A DNA stretch of 64,000 nt from Escherichia phage vB_EcoM_VR20. Made by a program: the position numbers and the translations under genes. Location: sequence record NC_028894.1. The stretch is one strand, 5' to 3'. Below the pieces are notes generated by a model that was not told the DNA's origin, ran no database searches, and was given only the letters and a program-made list of their open reading frames with translations. Of the stretch, positions 21,585-32,156 are shown one piece after another (the first letter of the stretch is position 1; every line of letters starts with the position of its first letter).

Positions 21585-22056
21585 TAAAGAGATTCACGTT
21601 CCCAAGCTTGGACTCAAGCATCACAATCTGATTAAAAACGAACCTAATCCTTATGTTGCATTAAGAAAGATTATGCAATCGATATTCCCTAATCTTACAG
21701 CAGCCGAATCCGACTTTGTATCTTTACATCTTCTGGAATTCAATGGTAAGCTAAAAGACAAACGCGAGATTAATGGATTTACATATAAGCTGGATGATGT
21801 TTATATCTGTCAGCGCCTTGAATTCTCTTATCAAGGAAAGACATTTAAATTCCGCTCCAATAAACCGTATGAAGAATTCGGACCAGTTGACAATCTCCTG
21901 GAGACCCTTTATCTCGGGGAAGATGTTCCAGACTTTCTGGATATGCCTGCTTTTGTTGCTAAGTGGGCAGACGATATCACAAGCACATTAGCAATCCCGG
22001 GTCCGAATGGTCCTGTTAAGGGGTTACTGAAAATAATGGAACTCCTAAATGAATAA
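21538..22056 (+). CDS. 28: baseplate hub distal protein
   Basis: Internal start MNLKLIL gives 172 aa against 177 in T4; overlaps the end of gene 27. Confidence 0.8.
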   Translation: MNLKLILPTKKIQLGDKEIHVPKLGLKHHNLIKNEPNPYVALRKIMQSIFPNLTAAESDFVSLHLLEFNGKLKDKREINGFTYKLDDVYICQRLEFSYQGKTFKFRSNKPYEEFGPVDNLLETLYLGEDVPDFLDMPAFVAKWADDITSTLAIPGPNGPVKGLLKIMELLNE

Positions 22057-23794
22057 GAACTCCGAACAAACGAGCTTCAGACGCGGTGGACCTAATAAAA
22101 AGCTTATCGAAGAATTAGCACCACAAAGGAGGGCGGAAGCCCTCTCTGCTGAACAGAATGATGAATTATCGAATCTGAATACAACTCTTACAAATACTCA
22201 AGCTGCAACCGAACTTGTGTCGGAAGCTATTGAGGATAAGGGTAATCAGATTATTGAGAATATCCAGACCAACAATGGGGTCCTCCAGGATATCAGTGCG
22301 GGGGTCGAACTGACGGCTGAAGCCACCGAGAAGACTCAACAAGGGATTAAAAACCTCACGGATATTCTCTCGGATAAGCTCGACAAACTCAGCGCAATGA
22401 TAAGCGGTAAAATAGGCGTCACGTCTCCTGTGGCTGGTTCTGAAAGCCTTAAACCTGTGGAGGACGCACTACCAGAGCCTGAAGAGAATAAGCCCACAGC
22501 GAGCGTTCCAGCGCTCATACCGCCAGAAGAACAAAAGCCCGACGCTGACTTCATTCCGGAACCAGAGCAACCAAAAACCGATGCAGAAGGTAAAGAGACT
22601 AATACCTGGTCACTTGGCGATAAGCTTGACACACTTTCGAAGATAACCGAAAAAGGATTTAAGGCATCGATTTCTGTAGCTGACCGAATCTCCGGGATGC
22701 TGTTCAAATATACAATTACGGCAGCAGCCGAAGCAGCCAAGCTTATTGGTGGATTATTGTTGTTAGTATTCGGTATCGATGCGATACGAGTTTACTTCCA
22801 ATATTTCATGAAGCAATTCGAAAAAGGATGGGCCGAATTTAATGACAAGTTCAAAGAATGGGGACCGTTGCTCGAAGGACTAATGACTTGGGCTAAGAAC
22901 GCGCAAGCGATGTTTAGTGAAAAGAATTGGTTGGGATTAGCTGAAGCTATTATCCGTGGGATGGTCAACTTAACGAAGAACATGGCTCAACTTCTTATGC
23001 TTGGTATTTCGAAACTGATTTCAGCTATCTTAAGCAAAATCCCTGGGATGGGCGATTTAGCAGATAATGTGGAAGCCTCAGCTTTGATGTCTTATCAGCA
23101 AAATACAGGGGCAACTCTGGATGATGAAGACCAAACCAAGATAGCAAAATATCATGACAAACGTTCGGCCGAAGCAATGGAAGCTGCAGAGAAGATGAAT
23201 AAGAAGTATAAGGATAAACCTGAACTAATTAATCAAGCCGAAAAATATGGTAACCTTACCAAGGAGCAAGCTGACCAGCTTCGCGCGGGTGGTATTGACA
23301 CAAGCTTCAGAGACCTTCCAGAAGAAGAACGTCTGGACTATTTCAAGAAGCGTGACAAAGCACAGGCTGATATTATTCGTTTGACCCAAACTGCGGATAA
23401 CTTAATGAAGCCAGACGCAACCGATAAAAAGAATGCGATGGAAATGAGAGCTAACATTGAAAAACAATTAGCTGACCCAGCTATGGCAAAAGGTGGAGCT
23501 CCGAAAGACCTGAATATGCGCGCCCTGTTGGAAAAACTTGATAAGTCTCTTGAGAAGTTCAAAGACGAACCGAAAGTTAAACCGCCGGATGTTAAGACTT
23601 CTCCGGATGCACAACAAGCTGCGAAGGTTGACGAAGGCATGAAGGCCAAAGAAAATAAATACAAGGATGCACCAGCTCAGGCACAAATTAACACGGTCAA
23701 TAATATTCAGAAGACTTCCAGGACGCAATACAATATGCCTCCTCAAAGTTCAACCCCTGCCCCTGGCATGAGACAGGCCACGAGAATTAACTAA
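22049..23794 (+). CDS. 29: baseplate hub / tail length determinator
   Basis: 581 aa; synteny. Confidence 0.85.
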   Translation: MNKNSEQTSFRRGGPNKKLIEELAPQRRAEALSAEQNDELSNLNTTLTNTQAATELVSEAIEDKGNQIIENIQTNNGVLQDISAGVELTAEATEKTQQGIKNLTDILSDKLDKLSAMISGKIGVTSPVAGSESLKPVEDALPEPEENKPTASVPALIPPEEQKPDADFIPEPEQPKTDAEGKETNTWSLGDKLDTLSKITEKGFKASISVADRISGMLFKYTITAAAEAAKLIGGLLLLVFGIDAIRVYFQYFMKQFEKGWAEFNDKFKEWGPLLEGLMTWAKNAQAMFSEKNWLGLAEAIIRGMVNLTKNMAQLLMLGISKLISAILSKIPGMGDLADNVEASALMSYQQNTGATLDDEDQTKIAKYHDKRSAEAMEAAEKMNKKYKDKPELINQAEKYGNLTKEQADQLRAGGIDTSFRDLPEEERLDYFKKRDKAQADIIRLTQTADNLMKPDATDKKNAMEMRANIEKQLADPAMAKGGAPKDLNMRALLEKLDKSLEKFKDEPKVKPPDVKTSPDAQQAAKVDEGMKAKENKYKDAPAQAQINTVNNIQKTSRTQYNMPPQSSTPAPGMRQATRIN

Positions 23795-23802
23795 GGAATA
23801 AC

Positions 23803-24897
23803 ATGAAAGTAAAAGAACTCGATATTGATATTGCGGGTTTATTTAACGGAGGTTCTAAGACCTCCGCTGGGCAGTCAAAAGCTGCCCAGACTCAAGCTAC
23901 TATTGTGGCGCAATATCCAGCAGAACGAGCTTCCGGTAATGATTCTTCAGATGATATGCGAGTTAATGACCTTTATAAAAATGGTCTGTTATTCACGGCA
24001 TACAATTTCAGTTCAAGAACATCTCCGGAATTACGCTCAGACAGGTCAAGCCAATTGACTTCATTAAAGAAAGTTTCCAATGGTGCTTCATTTAACCCGG
24101 TTAAAAGTTTAACATCTTTTGCTAAATCGAAATTAACCGGTGCTGGGTCAACAGGTAAAAGTTTTGATTCAAACGCTGTCGCAAATATCCTGTTGCCTCG
24201 TTCGAAGTCTGATGTAGAATCCGTGTCGCATCGATTCAACGATGTTGGTGAGTCTCTTATTACGAAAGGCGGTGGCTCAGCTACTGGTATTCTTAGTAAC
24301 ATCGCATCGACCGCAGTTTTTGGTGCACTCGAATCAGTTACAAACGGTGTAATGGCCGACCATGGTGAACAGATTTACACAACGGCAAGAAGCATGTATG
24401 CTGGTCCAGATAACCGGACAAAAGTTTACACATGGGAAATGACTCCACGTTCGGCCCAGGACTTAATCCAGATAGTGAAGATATACGAGATTTTTAACTA
24501 TTACTCCTATGGGGAAACCGGTAAAAGTTCGTTTGCTTCCGAGCTGAAAGAAAAAATCGATACATGGTATAAATCCACCTTCAAAAAAGAAGCAATCGAT
24601 AACTTTGACGGCAAGTTGCTCGGTGAAGAGATAACAAGCTTCCTAACGAACGTTCTGGTGGTCTCTAACCCTACTATCTGGTATATCCGCAACTTCGGCG
24701 ATACAAGCTCGTACGATGGTCGTGGGGAGCTATTTGGGCCGTGTCAGATTCAGAGCATAAGATTCGATAAATCTCCGGATGGTCATTTCGGTGGATTAGC
24801 TATTGCTCCTAACCTGCCATCGACTTTTGTACTTGAAATCACTTTCCGTGAAATCATTACGCTTAACCGTGGCTCATTATATGCGGAAGGTTTCTAA
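23803..24897 (+). CDS. 48: baseplate tail tube cap
   Basis: 364 aa, same as T4 gp48. Confidence 0.85.
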   Translation: MKVKELDIDIAGLFNGGSKTSAGQSKAAQTQATIVAQYPAERASGNDSSDDMRVNDLYKNGLLFTAYNFSSRTSPELRSDRSSQLTSLKKVSNGASFNPVKSLTSFAKSKLTGAGSTGKSFDSNAVANILLPRSKSDVESVSHRFNDVGESLITKGGGSATGILSNIASTAVFGALESVTNGVMADHGEQIYTTARSMYAGPDNRTKVYTWEMTPRSAQDLIQIVKIYEIFNYYSYGETGKSSFASELKEKIDTWYKSTFKKEAIDNFDGKLLGEEITSFLTNVLVVSNPTIWYIRNFGDTSSYDGRGELFGPCQIQSIRFDKSPDGHFGGLAIAPNLPSTFVLEITFREIITLNRGSLYAEGF

Positions 24898-25856
24898 TGT
24901 TTACTTTACAAGAATTTCAAACACAAGCGATTAATATCGACTTGCAGAGGAATAACCTTTTTAGTGTGGTCTTCGCGACCGCACCTTCCTCTAAATCTCA
25001 GAATCTTCTGGACCAGTTTGGTGGCGCATTATTCAGTAACCTTCCTGTTAACTCAGATTGGTTCGGATTAACACAAGGTGACTTAACTCAGGGGATAACA
25101 ACTCTTGTTACTGCCGGGACACAAAAGCTTATTCGCAAATCAGGGATAAGCAAATATCTTATTGGGGCAATGAGTAACCGTGTTGTGCAATCATTATTAG
25201 GTGAATTTGAGGTTGGTACTTACCTGCTTGATTTCTTTAATATGGCTTATCCAACGGCTGGTCTATTAGTTCACTCTGTTAAGCTTCCGGATAACACATT
25301 GAACTACGAAATGGACCTTAACCATAATGCGCCAAATATCAAGATAACAGGGAGAGAATATTCTCCGTTGGTATTGAGCTTTAGAATGGATTCAGAGGCA
25401 GGGAACTTCAGAGCATTTAACGATTGGGTTAACTCTGTACAGGACCCAGTTACCCAGCTAAGGGCTTTGCCTGAAGACGTTGAAGCTGATATTCAGGTTA
25501 ACCTTCATTCGCGTAATGGGTTACCGCATACGGTTGTTATGTTAACTGGTTGTGTTCCTGTAAGTGTATCAGCGCCTGAATTGAGTTATGAAGGTGATAA
25601 TCAGATAGCTACATTTGATGTGACTTTTGCTTATCGCGTTATGTCAACTGGTGCGGTGGGAAGAGCTGCAGCATTGGAATGGTTGGAAGATAAGGTTATT
25701 AAAGGTGTATCTGGTATTAGTTCAGATAACAACTTGAACGCAGAAGTTGCCAAATTGAGTCGCTTGTCTGGTGCTCAATCTGGATTAACAAGTCTATACA
25801 ATACGTTTACTGGTTCTGGGAGAACAGTCTCTGGTGGAAGTCAACGTATATTATAA
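24897..25856 (+). CDS. 54: baseplate tail tube initiator
   Basis: 319 aa; synteny. Confidence 0.85.
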   Translation: MFTLQEFQTQAINIDLQRNNLFSVVFATAPSSKSQNLLDQFGGALFSNLPVNSDWFGLTQGDLTQGITTLVTAGTQKLIRKSGISKYLIGAMSNRVVQSLLGEFEVGTYLLDFFNMAYPTAGLLVHSVKLPDNTLNYEMDLNHNAPNIKITGREYSPLVLSFRMDSEAGNFRAFNDWVNSVQDPVTQLRALPEDVEADIQVNLHSRNGLPHTVVMLTGCVPVSVSAPELSYEGDNQIATFDVTFAYRVMSTGAVGRAAALEWLEDKVIKGVSGISSDNNLNAEVAKLSRLSGAQSGLTSLYNTFTGSGRTVSGGSQRIL

Positions 25857-25862
25857 AAAGAA

Positions 25863-25886
25863 AGGGACCCGAAGGTCCCTTTTTTA
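25863..25886. terminator. terminator hairpin GGGACC-CGAA-GGTCCC plus T-run
   Basis: Between convergent gene 54 and the alt.-1-like ORF. Confidence 0.7.
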
Positions 25887-26174
25887 TTTGCGGAATGAAA
25901 TGAAACCTGCTGCAGTCATGACAGCTTCTTTCTTAACAAATACTGTAATTGCAATTGGTGCTTCAGATTCAAGTTGTCCAGTTACTACACCATTAAAAAT
26001 ATTTTCTGTTTGTTCAGAATTTACAAAGTTTTCAACAGGGCGAAGGTCAAACTTCTTATCTTCGCCAAACACGCGCCGCAGTTCATTACCCACTGCGCTG
26101 TCAAACTCTTCTGAAGCCGGGATAACATTCTCAACTACCAGTTCCTGACCATTAAAGCGAAAAGATGATTTCAT
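25884..26174 (-). CDS. hypothetical early protein, 96 aa (alt.-1 position)
   Basis: Start MKSSFRF preceded by GAGGAA and an early promoter. Confidence 0.55.
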   Translation of the reverse strand: MKSSFRFNGQELVVENVIPASEEFDSAVGNELRRVFGEDKKFDLRPVENFVNSEQTENIFNGVVTGQLESEAPIAITVFVKKEAVMTAAGFISFRK

Positions 26175-26214
26175 TTTGTTTTCCTCATGTGCAATTGATA
26201 TGAACATTGTATCG

Positions 26215-26234
26215 CACTTCCTTGTGCTTGTAAA
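26215..26234 (-). promoter_or_regulatory. early promoter GTTTAC-N18-TACAAT
   Basis: Minus-strand motif upstream of the alt.-1-like ORF. Confidence 0.5.
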
Positions 26235-26237
26235 CCC

Positions 26238-28298
26238 CTACGAAAGGAATTTAGGAGGAATAGCTTCCAAATTAATACAACTAGCAAGAATACCAAGACC
26301 TTGATTGACTTTCTTCGTTACCCCAGAGGATGCAAACGATGCAAAGTCAACAGATTCTACTGGCTCTTCTGTTTCCTCGCCCTGATAAACGACAAGCTCA
26401 CCAGTTTCCATCAACACATCACCATCATAGATAACTGCATTTTCATCCAGTTGGTCCGTAGTCTGGATATCAGCTTCCAGCATTTTGACGTTCGCGTTTC
26501 CTTGATACGAAGCATCAGTAATTTTGGTAATCTTAACTACAGTCCCACGAGGAAGAATAACTTCCTGCTCGGACGGGTTGCTTGACAATTCACCAGGAAC
26601 AATTACGTTAATTAAGTCCGCCCCAGAAATTTTCCAACCAACATGCATCATTACGTGGTCGCGGCGTGCATCCGGCATATCTGGTAAAACAATTTCGTCA
26701 TCAGCCTGGAAAGATGTCCCATCACGATAGTCCTGATGAACTGCAGCCATAGCAACGTTCGCCACCCAGCCACCAAAGATAATCGGTTTAAACGACGTTG
26801 ATACATAGTTCCTGAAATAAAATAATTTAGATTTCTTAATTTTATCAAATGTAGGAACGTTTAAATATTGACCACGCCAAAGAGTTGTATTAGGCGGCAA
26901 CTTATGTCCAATTTCAAAGGCCGAATCCAATTCCTTAATTGTTTCGACAACTCTGTCTAGATTTAGGAATTCAGCTTCTTCTTCATAATATTTGCCCATC
27001 AAATAATTATTAATATCGGCATAGTTTGCTCCACAATAATCTGCAATTGCTTCTCGCTGGCCATAATGGAAACGGTTGTCAGTATACCCTGCTGTGAAAT
27101 TAAGAGTATTTTCTGATGCTTCTTCGGCAAAGTCTTTAACTGCAACACGAATGGCGCTTGTGTATTCTTTTTCCCAGAGCGAGGCTGCATAAGTGGCTGC
27201 ATCCAGGTTAGGAGGAGCATCATTCATTTTTCTTTCGATAAATGCGGCTTTGCGAAGGTTAAGAATCTCTGCACATGATTCGGCAAAAATCTGCATCTGC
27301 TTCATACTGCCAACAGGAGCACGTTTAAGTTCACGATGCATACGGTTAAAAATTGGGTCAGAGTCTTCAATACGAATTTCTTCTTTCCAAACACCATTTG
27401 CTCGCATAGCCGCATCTGCTGCGCGCATACGAGCCATAGTATTCGTTTCGGAAGGTCGAACAAAAATTTCCAGTTCTTCATAATCATCGATAAGTTCTGC
27501 CGTAGCCGGTCGACTAAACTTAGCAGCTTCTGCATCAATTTCGTCCCAGCCATCGGGCACGGAATCACTTGGAGCATACTGGGCTTGTGCAATAGCTCGG
27601 CGACTGATTTTAGTTTTCTGGGCAACAGCAGCATCGGTCTTTTTGTTTGCTGCGTCAATCAGAACTTCGGCTGCGATTTCTTGTTTGGAGACTTGTGCGC
27701 CTGTATCTTTATTAGTGAATACATCGCCAACTTTAGTTTCAACTTTTTGATATTTCTCAGGGACTGGTGGCATACCATCAACCGAAAGCAGGTCAACACC
27801 CTTTTTGTACATAATTACATAAGCGTTCTTTTTACCGAGGCCAGAAGCATTCGGAAGAACATGATAACGCCCGCTGGTTTTCATTTGAATCAGTCGATTC
27901 ATAATACGAATAACAGCTTGGTCTTGCCCTTTCATTTTTTTGGATGGGAAACGGAACAAGACTACATCAGGTTTGCCTAGTTTAATGCTTTCCCAGACTG
28001 TAACAAAAATCAGGTTAATCGCATCAAGAGGTTTTTCACCTAGACCACCCTTCAGAGGAACAGCATGGCCATGTGAAGTCCCGGAGAGCAGGAATACCTC
28101 GGCAATTGCATCGCCGCGTTTATATTGTTTAACTGTTTCTTTGCCCGTGAATTGCATCAAACGGGCCATAAGAGAATTGGTCCCAGGAACACCGAATTGC
28201 CAAACCTGTGGGACCTTGTATTTCGGATTCATATTAATGACAGGATAACCGAAGGCTTCGATATATTTGTCAAAGAGTTCATTTAATTGTTCAGACAT
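26238..28298 (-). CDS. alt: ADP-ribosyltransferase Alt
   Basis: 686 aa against 682 in T4; synteny between 54 and 30. Confidence 0.85.
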   Translation of the reverse strand: MSEQLNELFDKYIEAFGYPVINMNPKYKVPQVWQFGVPGTNSLMARLMQFTGKETVKQYKRGDAIAEVFLLSGTSHGHAVPLKGGLGEKPLDAINLIFVTVWESIKLGKPDVVLFRFPSKKMKGQDQAVIRIMNRLIQMKTSGRYHVLPNASGLGKKNAYVIMYKKGVDLLSVDGMPPVPEKYQKVETKVGDVFTNKDTGAQVSKQEIAAEVLIDAANKKTDAAVAQKTKISRRAIAQAQYAPSDSVPDGWDEIDAEAAKFSRPATAELIDDYEELEIFVRPSETNTMARMRAADAAMRANGVWKEEIRIEDSDPIFNRMHRELKRAPVGSMKQMQIFAESCAEILNLRKAAFIERKMNDAPPNLDAATYAASLWEKEYTSAIRVAVKDFAEEASENTLNFTAGYTDNRFHYGQREAIADYCGANYADINNYLMGKYYEEEAEFLNLDRVVETIKELDSAFEIGHKLPPNTTLWRGQYLNVPTFDKIKKSKLFYFRNYVSTSFKPIIFGGWVANVAMAAVHQDYRDGTSFQADDEIVLPDMPDARRDHVMMHVGWKISGADLINVIVPGELSSNPSEQEVILPRGTVVKITKITDASYQGNANVKMLEADIQTTDQLDENAVIYDGDVLMETGELVVYQGEETEEPVESVDFASFASSGVTKKVNQGLGILASCINLEAIPPKFLS

Positions 28299-28337
28299 AA
28301 TAGGTTCCTTATAAAATATGATGTATTTATACTAAAA

Positions 28338-28356
28338 AAGGGCCGAAGCCCTTTTG
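28338..28356 (-). terminator. terminator hairpin GGGCC-GAAG-CCC
   Basis: Downstream of the ligase gene on the minus strand. Confidence 0.6.
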
Positions 28357-29889
28357 TTATTTTAATCCAGTCTTTGACCAGTCGCCAAATACATCTTCGA
28401 ATGTGTCTGCATGGTCTTTATCGAAACGGAACCCTTTGATAATCGGCAGGAACAATGCAACCGTATTATCTTTACGAGTCTCGGAAGTCAACCAACCATT
28501 ACATTCACAGTCGGCAATCATTCCAACCAATTCACCTTTACGGGCTTTAACCATCAAGGCTTCACGGTCCATTTCATGACGCTCCTCAATCGGAATAGTA
28601 ACCCATTTTTTGGTTTTCTTATCTTTAACTTGAGTTGTGTCTTTAAAACCAGAACCACAGTTATTTGTAATCTTACCACAAGAAGAACGAAGCACAACAC
28701 CACCAATCTTATTCGGGTCTTTATCGTGCTCGTAATATCCAATGATTTCCATTGCAATGTCAATTACTTCTTTGAACTTGTACAAGTTCTTTGAGCGCTT
28801 GTTTTCCCAAATCGATGCCATGTTCTTAAGGATAATACCTTCAAGACCTTCATCCACATATTTCTTATAGATAACCTTCGCTTCATCGAGATTGTTAACA
28901 ACATGGTTTTCAATCAGAATCATGCGGTCAAAACCATGCAGCACCACGTTATCTGCAATCATCTTTTCCAGAACAGCAAAACGCACATCGTATTTCAACG
29001 GATTGAGAATCTTAACATCAGAATAGACTTCAATCAGTGGAACATAATCCCAAACCTGGAATTTCATACAAGCAGCTTCTGTTGCCGAAATAGTTCCTTT
29101 CAATGATTTGTTTGCCAGACCATTTGAAAAGGTTCTTGATTCCGCAGTTTCTTGTGCAGGGGCAATCTCATTTGAATCGTCAAAAAGGAAGCCCAAACCG
29201 TCATTCTGGGGAGCTACTTTCTGTTCATGGTATACTAACTCACCGTCAATCAAAACGCCCTCAGGATGTCTCTCACGCGCTTCACGAGTAGCTTCAATCA
29301 ATTCCTTTTTAAGGAGGTCAAGCTTGAGGTATTCGTTGCCAGCTCGGGATAACAATCGAACATCATCCAACTCATCGCCACGAACTTCTGCAAAACACCG
29401 AGCGCCGTCGGCTTTCAATTGTGCAAAGGCCGGGAACTTAATGTTCTTGGCAATACCGGCTTCATCATAGGAAGAAGCGAGCATCTGCGGTTGTTCTGGA
29501 ATTAAACCTTTCCAAACCTTATTTGCAATTGATACGGATGCCCCGCATTCCAGGTCACGCATCATCACACGGCGCAGGACTTCAACATCTGCTTTTTTAC
29601 CATCGGCAATATAGCCAGATAATTCCTCGATTGCAGCATTACCTGTTAATTTACGAGAGGCCAATGTGAATTCGATAAAGTCAAGCATATCATCGATATT
29701 CAGCATACCAAAGCTTTGAGTCGTTGTTCCAGGTTTTGGCCATTTCTTGATATAGAACTGGATGCCTTTGGAATATGTCAAACGATACACACGTTTGAGG
29801 GTTTCATTGTCAGAATACGATTCCAGAATAGCTTGTTTCTCTTTAGTAGAATCGGTTGCAGCAATTTCATTTAAAATATCTAAAATCAT
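28357..29889 (-). CDS. 30: ATP-dependent DNA ligase
   Basis: KADGARC adenylation motif; T4 ligase-like throughout; start at second ATG for better GGTGA spacing. Confidence 0.95.
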   Translation of the reverse strand: MILDILNEIAATDSTKEKQAILESYSDNETLKRVYRLTYSKGIQFYIKKWPKPGTTTQSFGMLNIDDMLDFIEFTLASRKLTGNAAIEELSGYIADGKKADVEVLRRVMMRDLECGASVSIANKVWKGLIPEQPQMLASSYDEAGIAKNIKFPAFAQLKADGARCFAEVRGDELDDVRLLSRAGNEYLKLDLLKKELIEATREARERHPEGVLIDGELVYHEQKVAPQNDGLGFLFDDSNEIAPAQETAESRTFSNGLANKSLKGTISATEAACMKFQVWDYVPLIEVYSDVKILNPLKYDVRFAVLEKMIADNVVLHGFDRMILIENHVVNNLDEAKVIYKKYVDEGLEGIILKNMASIWENKRSKNLYKFKEVIDIAMEIIGYYEHDKDPNKIGGVVLRSSCGKITNNCGSGFKDTTQVKDKKTKKWVTIPIEERHEMDREALMVKARKGELVGMIADCECNGWLTSETRKDNTVALFLPIIKGFRFDKDHADTFEDVFGDWSKTGLK

Positions 29890-29898
29890 AATCACCTC

Positions 29899-30180
29899 TT
29901 AGTCGTTGGCTCTATTATATGCCACATCTTCCAAAAGCAAATCCAGACGCTTATGATAAGAGAACACAAATCTCATTCGCCCATCTGGTTTAAACTTAGA
30001 CATAAAGTGAACATAGATAAACCCTTGCTCAACGCATTCACGCCAAACCGGATGGTCTTTGGCTGGGTTAATATCAAACGAGTAATCATGATTCACATGA
30101 CGAATAAACTGATTAACATGGCCATAATCCATGGTAGTAGTAGGACCGTAATCAGAAATAGTATGAACGACAAACATCAA
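29899..30180 (-). CDS. hypothetical protein, 93 aa (30.1 position)
   Basis: ORF and synteny. Confidence 0.6.
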   Translation of the reverse strand: MMFVVHTISDYGPTTTMDYGHVNQFIRHVNHDYSFDINPAKDHPVWRECVEQGFIYVHFMSKFKPDGRMRFVFSYHKRLDLLLEDVAYNRAND

Positions 30181-31001
30181 TTACCCCCTTGGCCACCGGT
30201 CGGTTGATTGTACCAATATTCAATGCCAGTACCTACGCGTGGACCATATTGATATGGATATGCTGGATTATATCCAGGGGTCCATGGTTGACCTGGTTGC
30301 CAGCCTTGCTGCATTTGTTGTTGAAGACGTCGAGTTTCACGAAACAGTTCGTCCAGTTTACGGAGTTCATCAGGGGTGAATTCTGGTTTGACTGGTTCAT
30401 CTTTGTGTTTCAGTTTAAGCTGCCCAGCTACATCGTCCCAATTAAAAACTTTGGAAGCTGTTTTAGGAATAGCATTACGTTCGCCACGGGCCATCCAATA
30501 AACCGGGACTTCAAGGATTTCACTCGCATGGTCGCAATGGTGTGCAAGGTCATCAATATAACAAACGACATTATATTTGGTCTTCGCTTTCTGGAATAAC
30601 TCTTCTTTAGAGGCTGTATGGCCGCACATCATCACTTCTTTAAATGCACCAGGGAACAAAGCATTCAGGTTGAATTGACGATTCAGACGGGCGTCAATGG
30701 AATCACCCAGAGCCGTAACAGCCACAAAATCATATTGCTCTTTGAGGTTATTAATAACCCTTAACGCATCTGCGTAAGGAGACAAATAACGAATAAAATC
30801 TGAACAGTTATATTTCTCAATCAACTGTGCTCCCAACTCTTCATCACAATTGAACAGTTTACCAGGGGTCACAAATTTTTCATCCTGAATCATCTTAAGG
30901 ATATGTTCCAGGGGTAAATTATATTTTTGGGCGAAATAAGGCAAGCCTGACTGCCATGACAAACATACGCCATCAATATCTGTTAAAATAACGGGTTTCA
31001 T
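30177..31001 (-). CDS. HAD-like hydrolase with Q/P/G/Y-rich C-terminal tail (30.2 position)
   Basis: N-terminal LTDIDGV (DxDG) motif; low-complexity last ~50 aa. Confidence 0.65.
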   Translation of the reverse strand: MKPVILTDIDGVCLSWQSGLPYFAQKYNLPLEHILKMIQDEKFVTPGKLFNCDEELGAQLIEKYNCSDFIRYLSPYADALRVINNLKEQYDFVAVTALGDSIDARLNRQFNLNALFPGAFKEVMMCGHTASKEELFQKAKTKYNVVCYIDDLAHHCDHASEILEVPVYWMARGERNAIPKTASKVFNWDDVAGQLKLKHKDEPVKPEFTPDELRKLDELFRETRRLQQQMQQGWQPGQPWTPGYNPAYPYQYGPRVGTGIEYWYNQPTGGQGGN

Positions 31002-31465
31002 AATGCATCTCTCAATTGGTTAAGTATGTCAATAAATTCTTGTTCAGTCAATATTGTATCATGAACAGTAAGGTGGCTCGCCATCGAATGCTTTAAAACT
31101 TTGCCCTTTGTAGCTTGTAATGCGTCGCGGAATCCTTTGTTTTGGAGCGCTGCTTCAAAATATGCATTTGTATACAACTCTTTCCATGATGTAGAGTATC
31201 TTGAAAAGGGAATTCCAAGCCAGAAAAGCGTCCCACGGTCCGCAGCTCTAGCATAAGCTCTTCCACTTTGCTGGGCGGCCAATCCGGACATCCCAAATAT
31301 ACGTTTTTGTTGTTCACAATTTCTCACCTTACACCCTTGCAGGAAGCCTTCAAGACCTCCAAACTGGATGCCCTCCATAACAAAAGGCCATTTAGCAAAG
31401 TTACTTAATGCGCATGATGGCCATGGGAAATTGCTTCTGATTTCTAACTCAGACATCTTTGACAC
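30998..31465 (-). CDS. NADAR/YbiA-like domain protein (30.3 position)
   Basis: LSNFAKWPF...GLEGFLQGCK pattern resembles the YbiA/DUF1768 family; identification by motif only. Confidence 0.6.
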   Translation of the reverse strand: MSKMSELEIRSNFPWPSCALSNFAKWPFVMEGIQFGGLEGFLQGCKVRNCEQQKRIFGMSGLAAQQSGRAYARAADRGTLFWLGIPFSRYSTSWKELYTNAYFEAALQNKGFRDALQATKGKVLKHSMASHLTVHDTILTEQEFIDILNQLRDAL

Positions 31466-31661
31466 TTACTACATCAACGTTTGCCCAATGACCATAACCA
31501 GGTAGACGGTCTTTAATAGATAATCCACCGTCAGATTTCAGCATTTTAATTGTTTTAGTATATGGTTCAATATTTCGGGCCCATGGACTCACGTCAGTTA
31601 CGCGATAAGTAACTTCAACCATTTCTGTGCCCAAAATTTTCTGAATCAGTTTCTTAAACAT
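31449..31661 (-). CDS. hypothetical protein, 70 aa
   Basis: ORF in the 30.x cluster. Confidence 0.55.
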   Translation of the reverse strand: MFKKLIQKILGTEMVEVTYRVTDVSPWARNIEPYTKTIKMLKSDGGLSIKDRLPGYGHWANVDVVSVKDV

Positions 31662-31662
31662 A

Positions 31663-31857
31663 TTATCCTCGCCTTAAACATTTGATTACAGACAGTTCAC
31701 CGTCCATGCGAACGTCTTCAGTTCCATCAACCCACAGGACTACGTAGGCTTCTTTAATTTGTGTATTACCCAATTTAAAAGCAGGCAAAACCTTAGAAAT
31801 CATTCCAGGAATACCTACGCCTTTTAACTGGACAGTTTGTGATAAGAATAGTTGCAT
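31663..31857 (-). CDS. hypothetical protein, 64 aa
   Basis: ORF in the 30.x cluster. Confidence 0.5.
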   Translation of the reverse strand: MQLFLSQTVQLKGVGIPGMISKVLPAFKLGNTQIKEAYVVLWVDGTEDVRMDGELSVIKCLRRG

Positions 31858-32144
31858 TAAAACCTCATCTGAAACCCGTGTGATTTAACATTGCCACCAT
31901 AGATGTCAGACGTATTGACTTCACGAGCAGCACTTGGGTCGATATTGATATCATGGTTGAGCTTAGTGATTGCCAGGGTATCACGACCATTAACAGTACG
32001 AAATTCTACCGGACATACAACATCGGCATAAGCCTTAATAGATTCACGAGTAGGTTGTTTGTCGGCAGGAACGTCTTTACCTGCTTTAGAGAAAACAACT
32101 TCACAGAAATTTTTACGAGTATCAAAATAAGTGGTCATAAACAT
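31857..32144 (-). CDS. hypothetical protein, 95 aa
   Basis: Start MFMTTYF preceded by GAGGAAAATATT; upstream track residues overlap a terminator hairpin. Confidence 0.6.
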   Translation of the reverse strand: MFMTTYFDTRKNFCEVVFSKAGKDVPADKQPTRESIKAYADVVCPVEFRTVNGRDTLAITKLNHDINIDPSAAREVNTSDIYGGNVKSHGFQMRF

Positions 32145-32156
32145 AATATTTTCCTC

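Noticed and set aside
27336-27980. 214-aa plus-strand ORF inside alt
   Set aside because: Antisense shadow ORF within the alt coding region.
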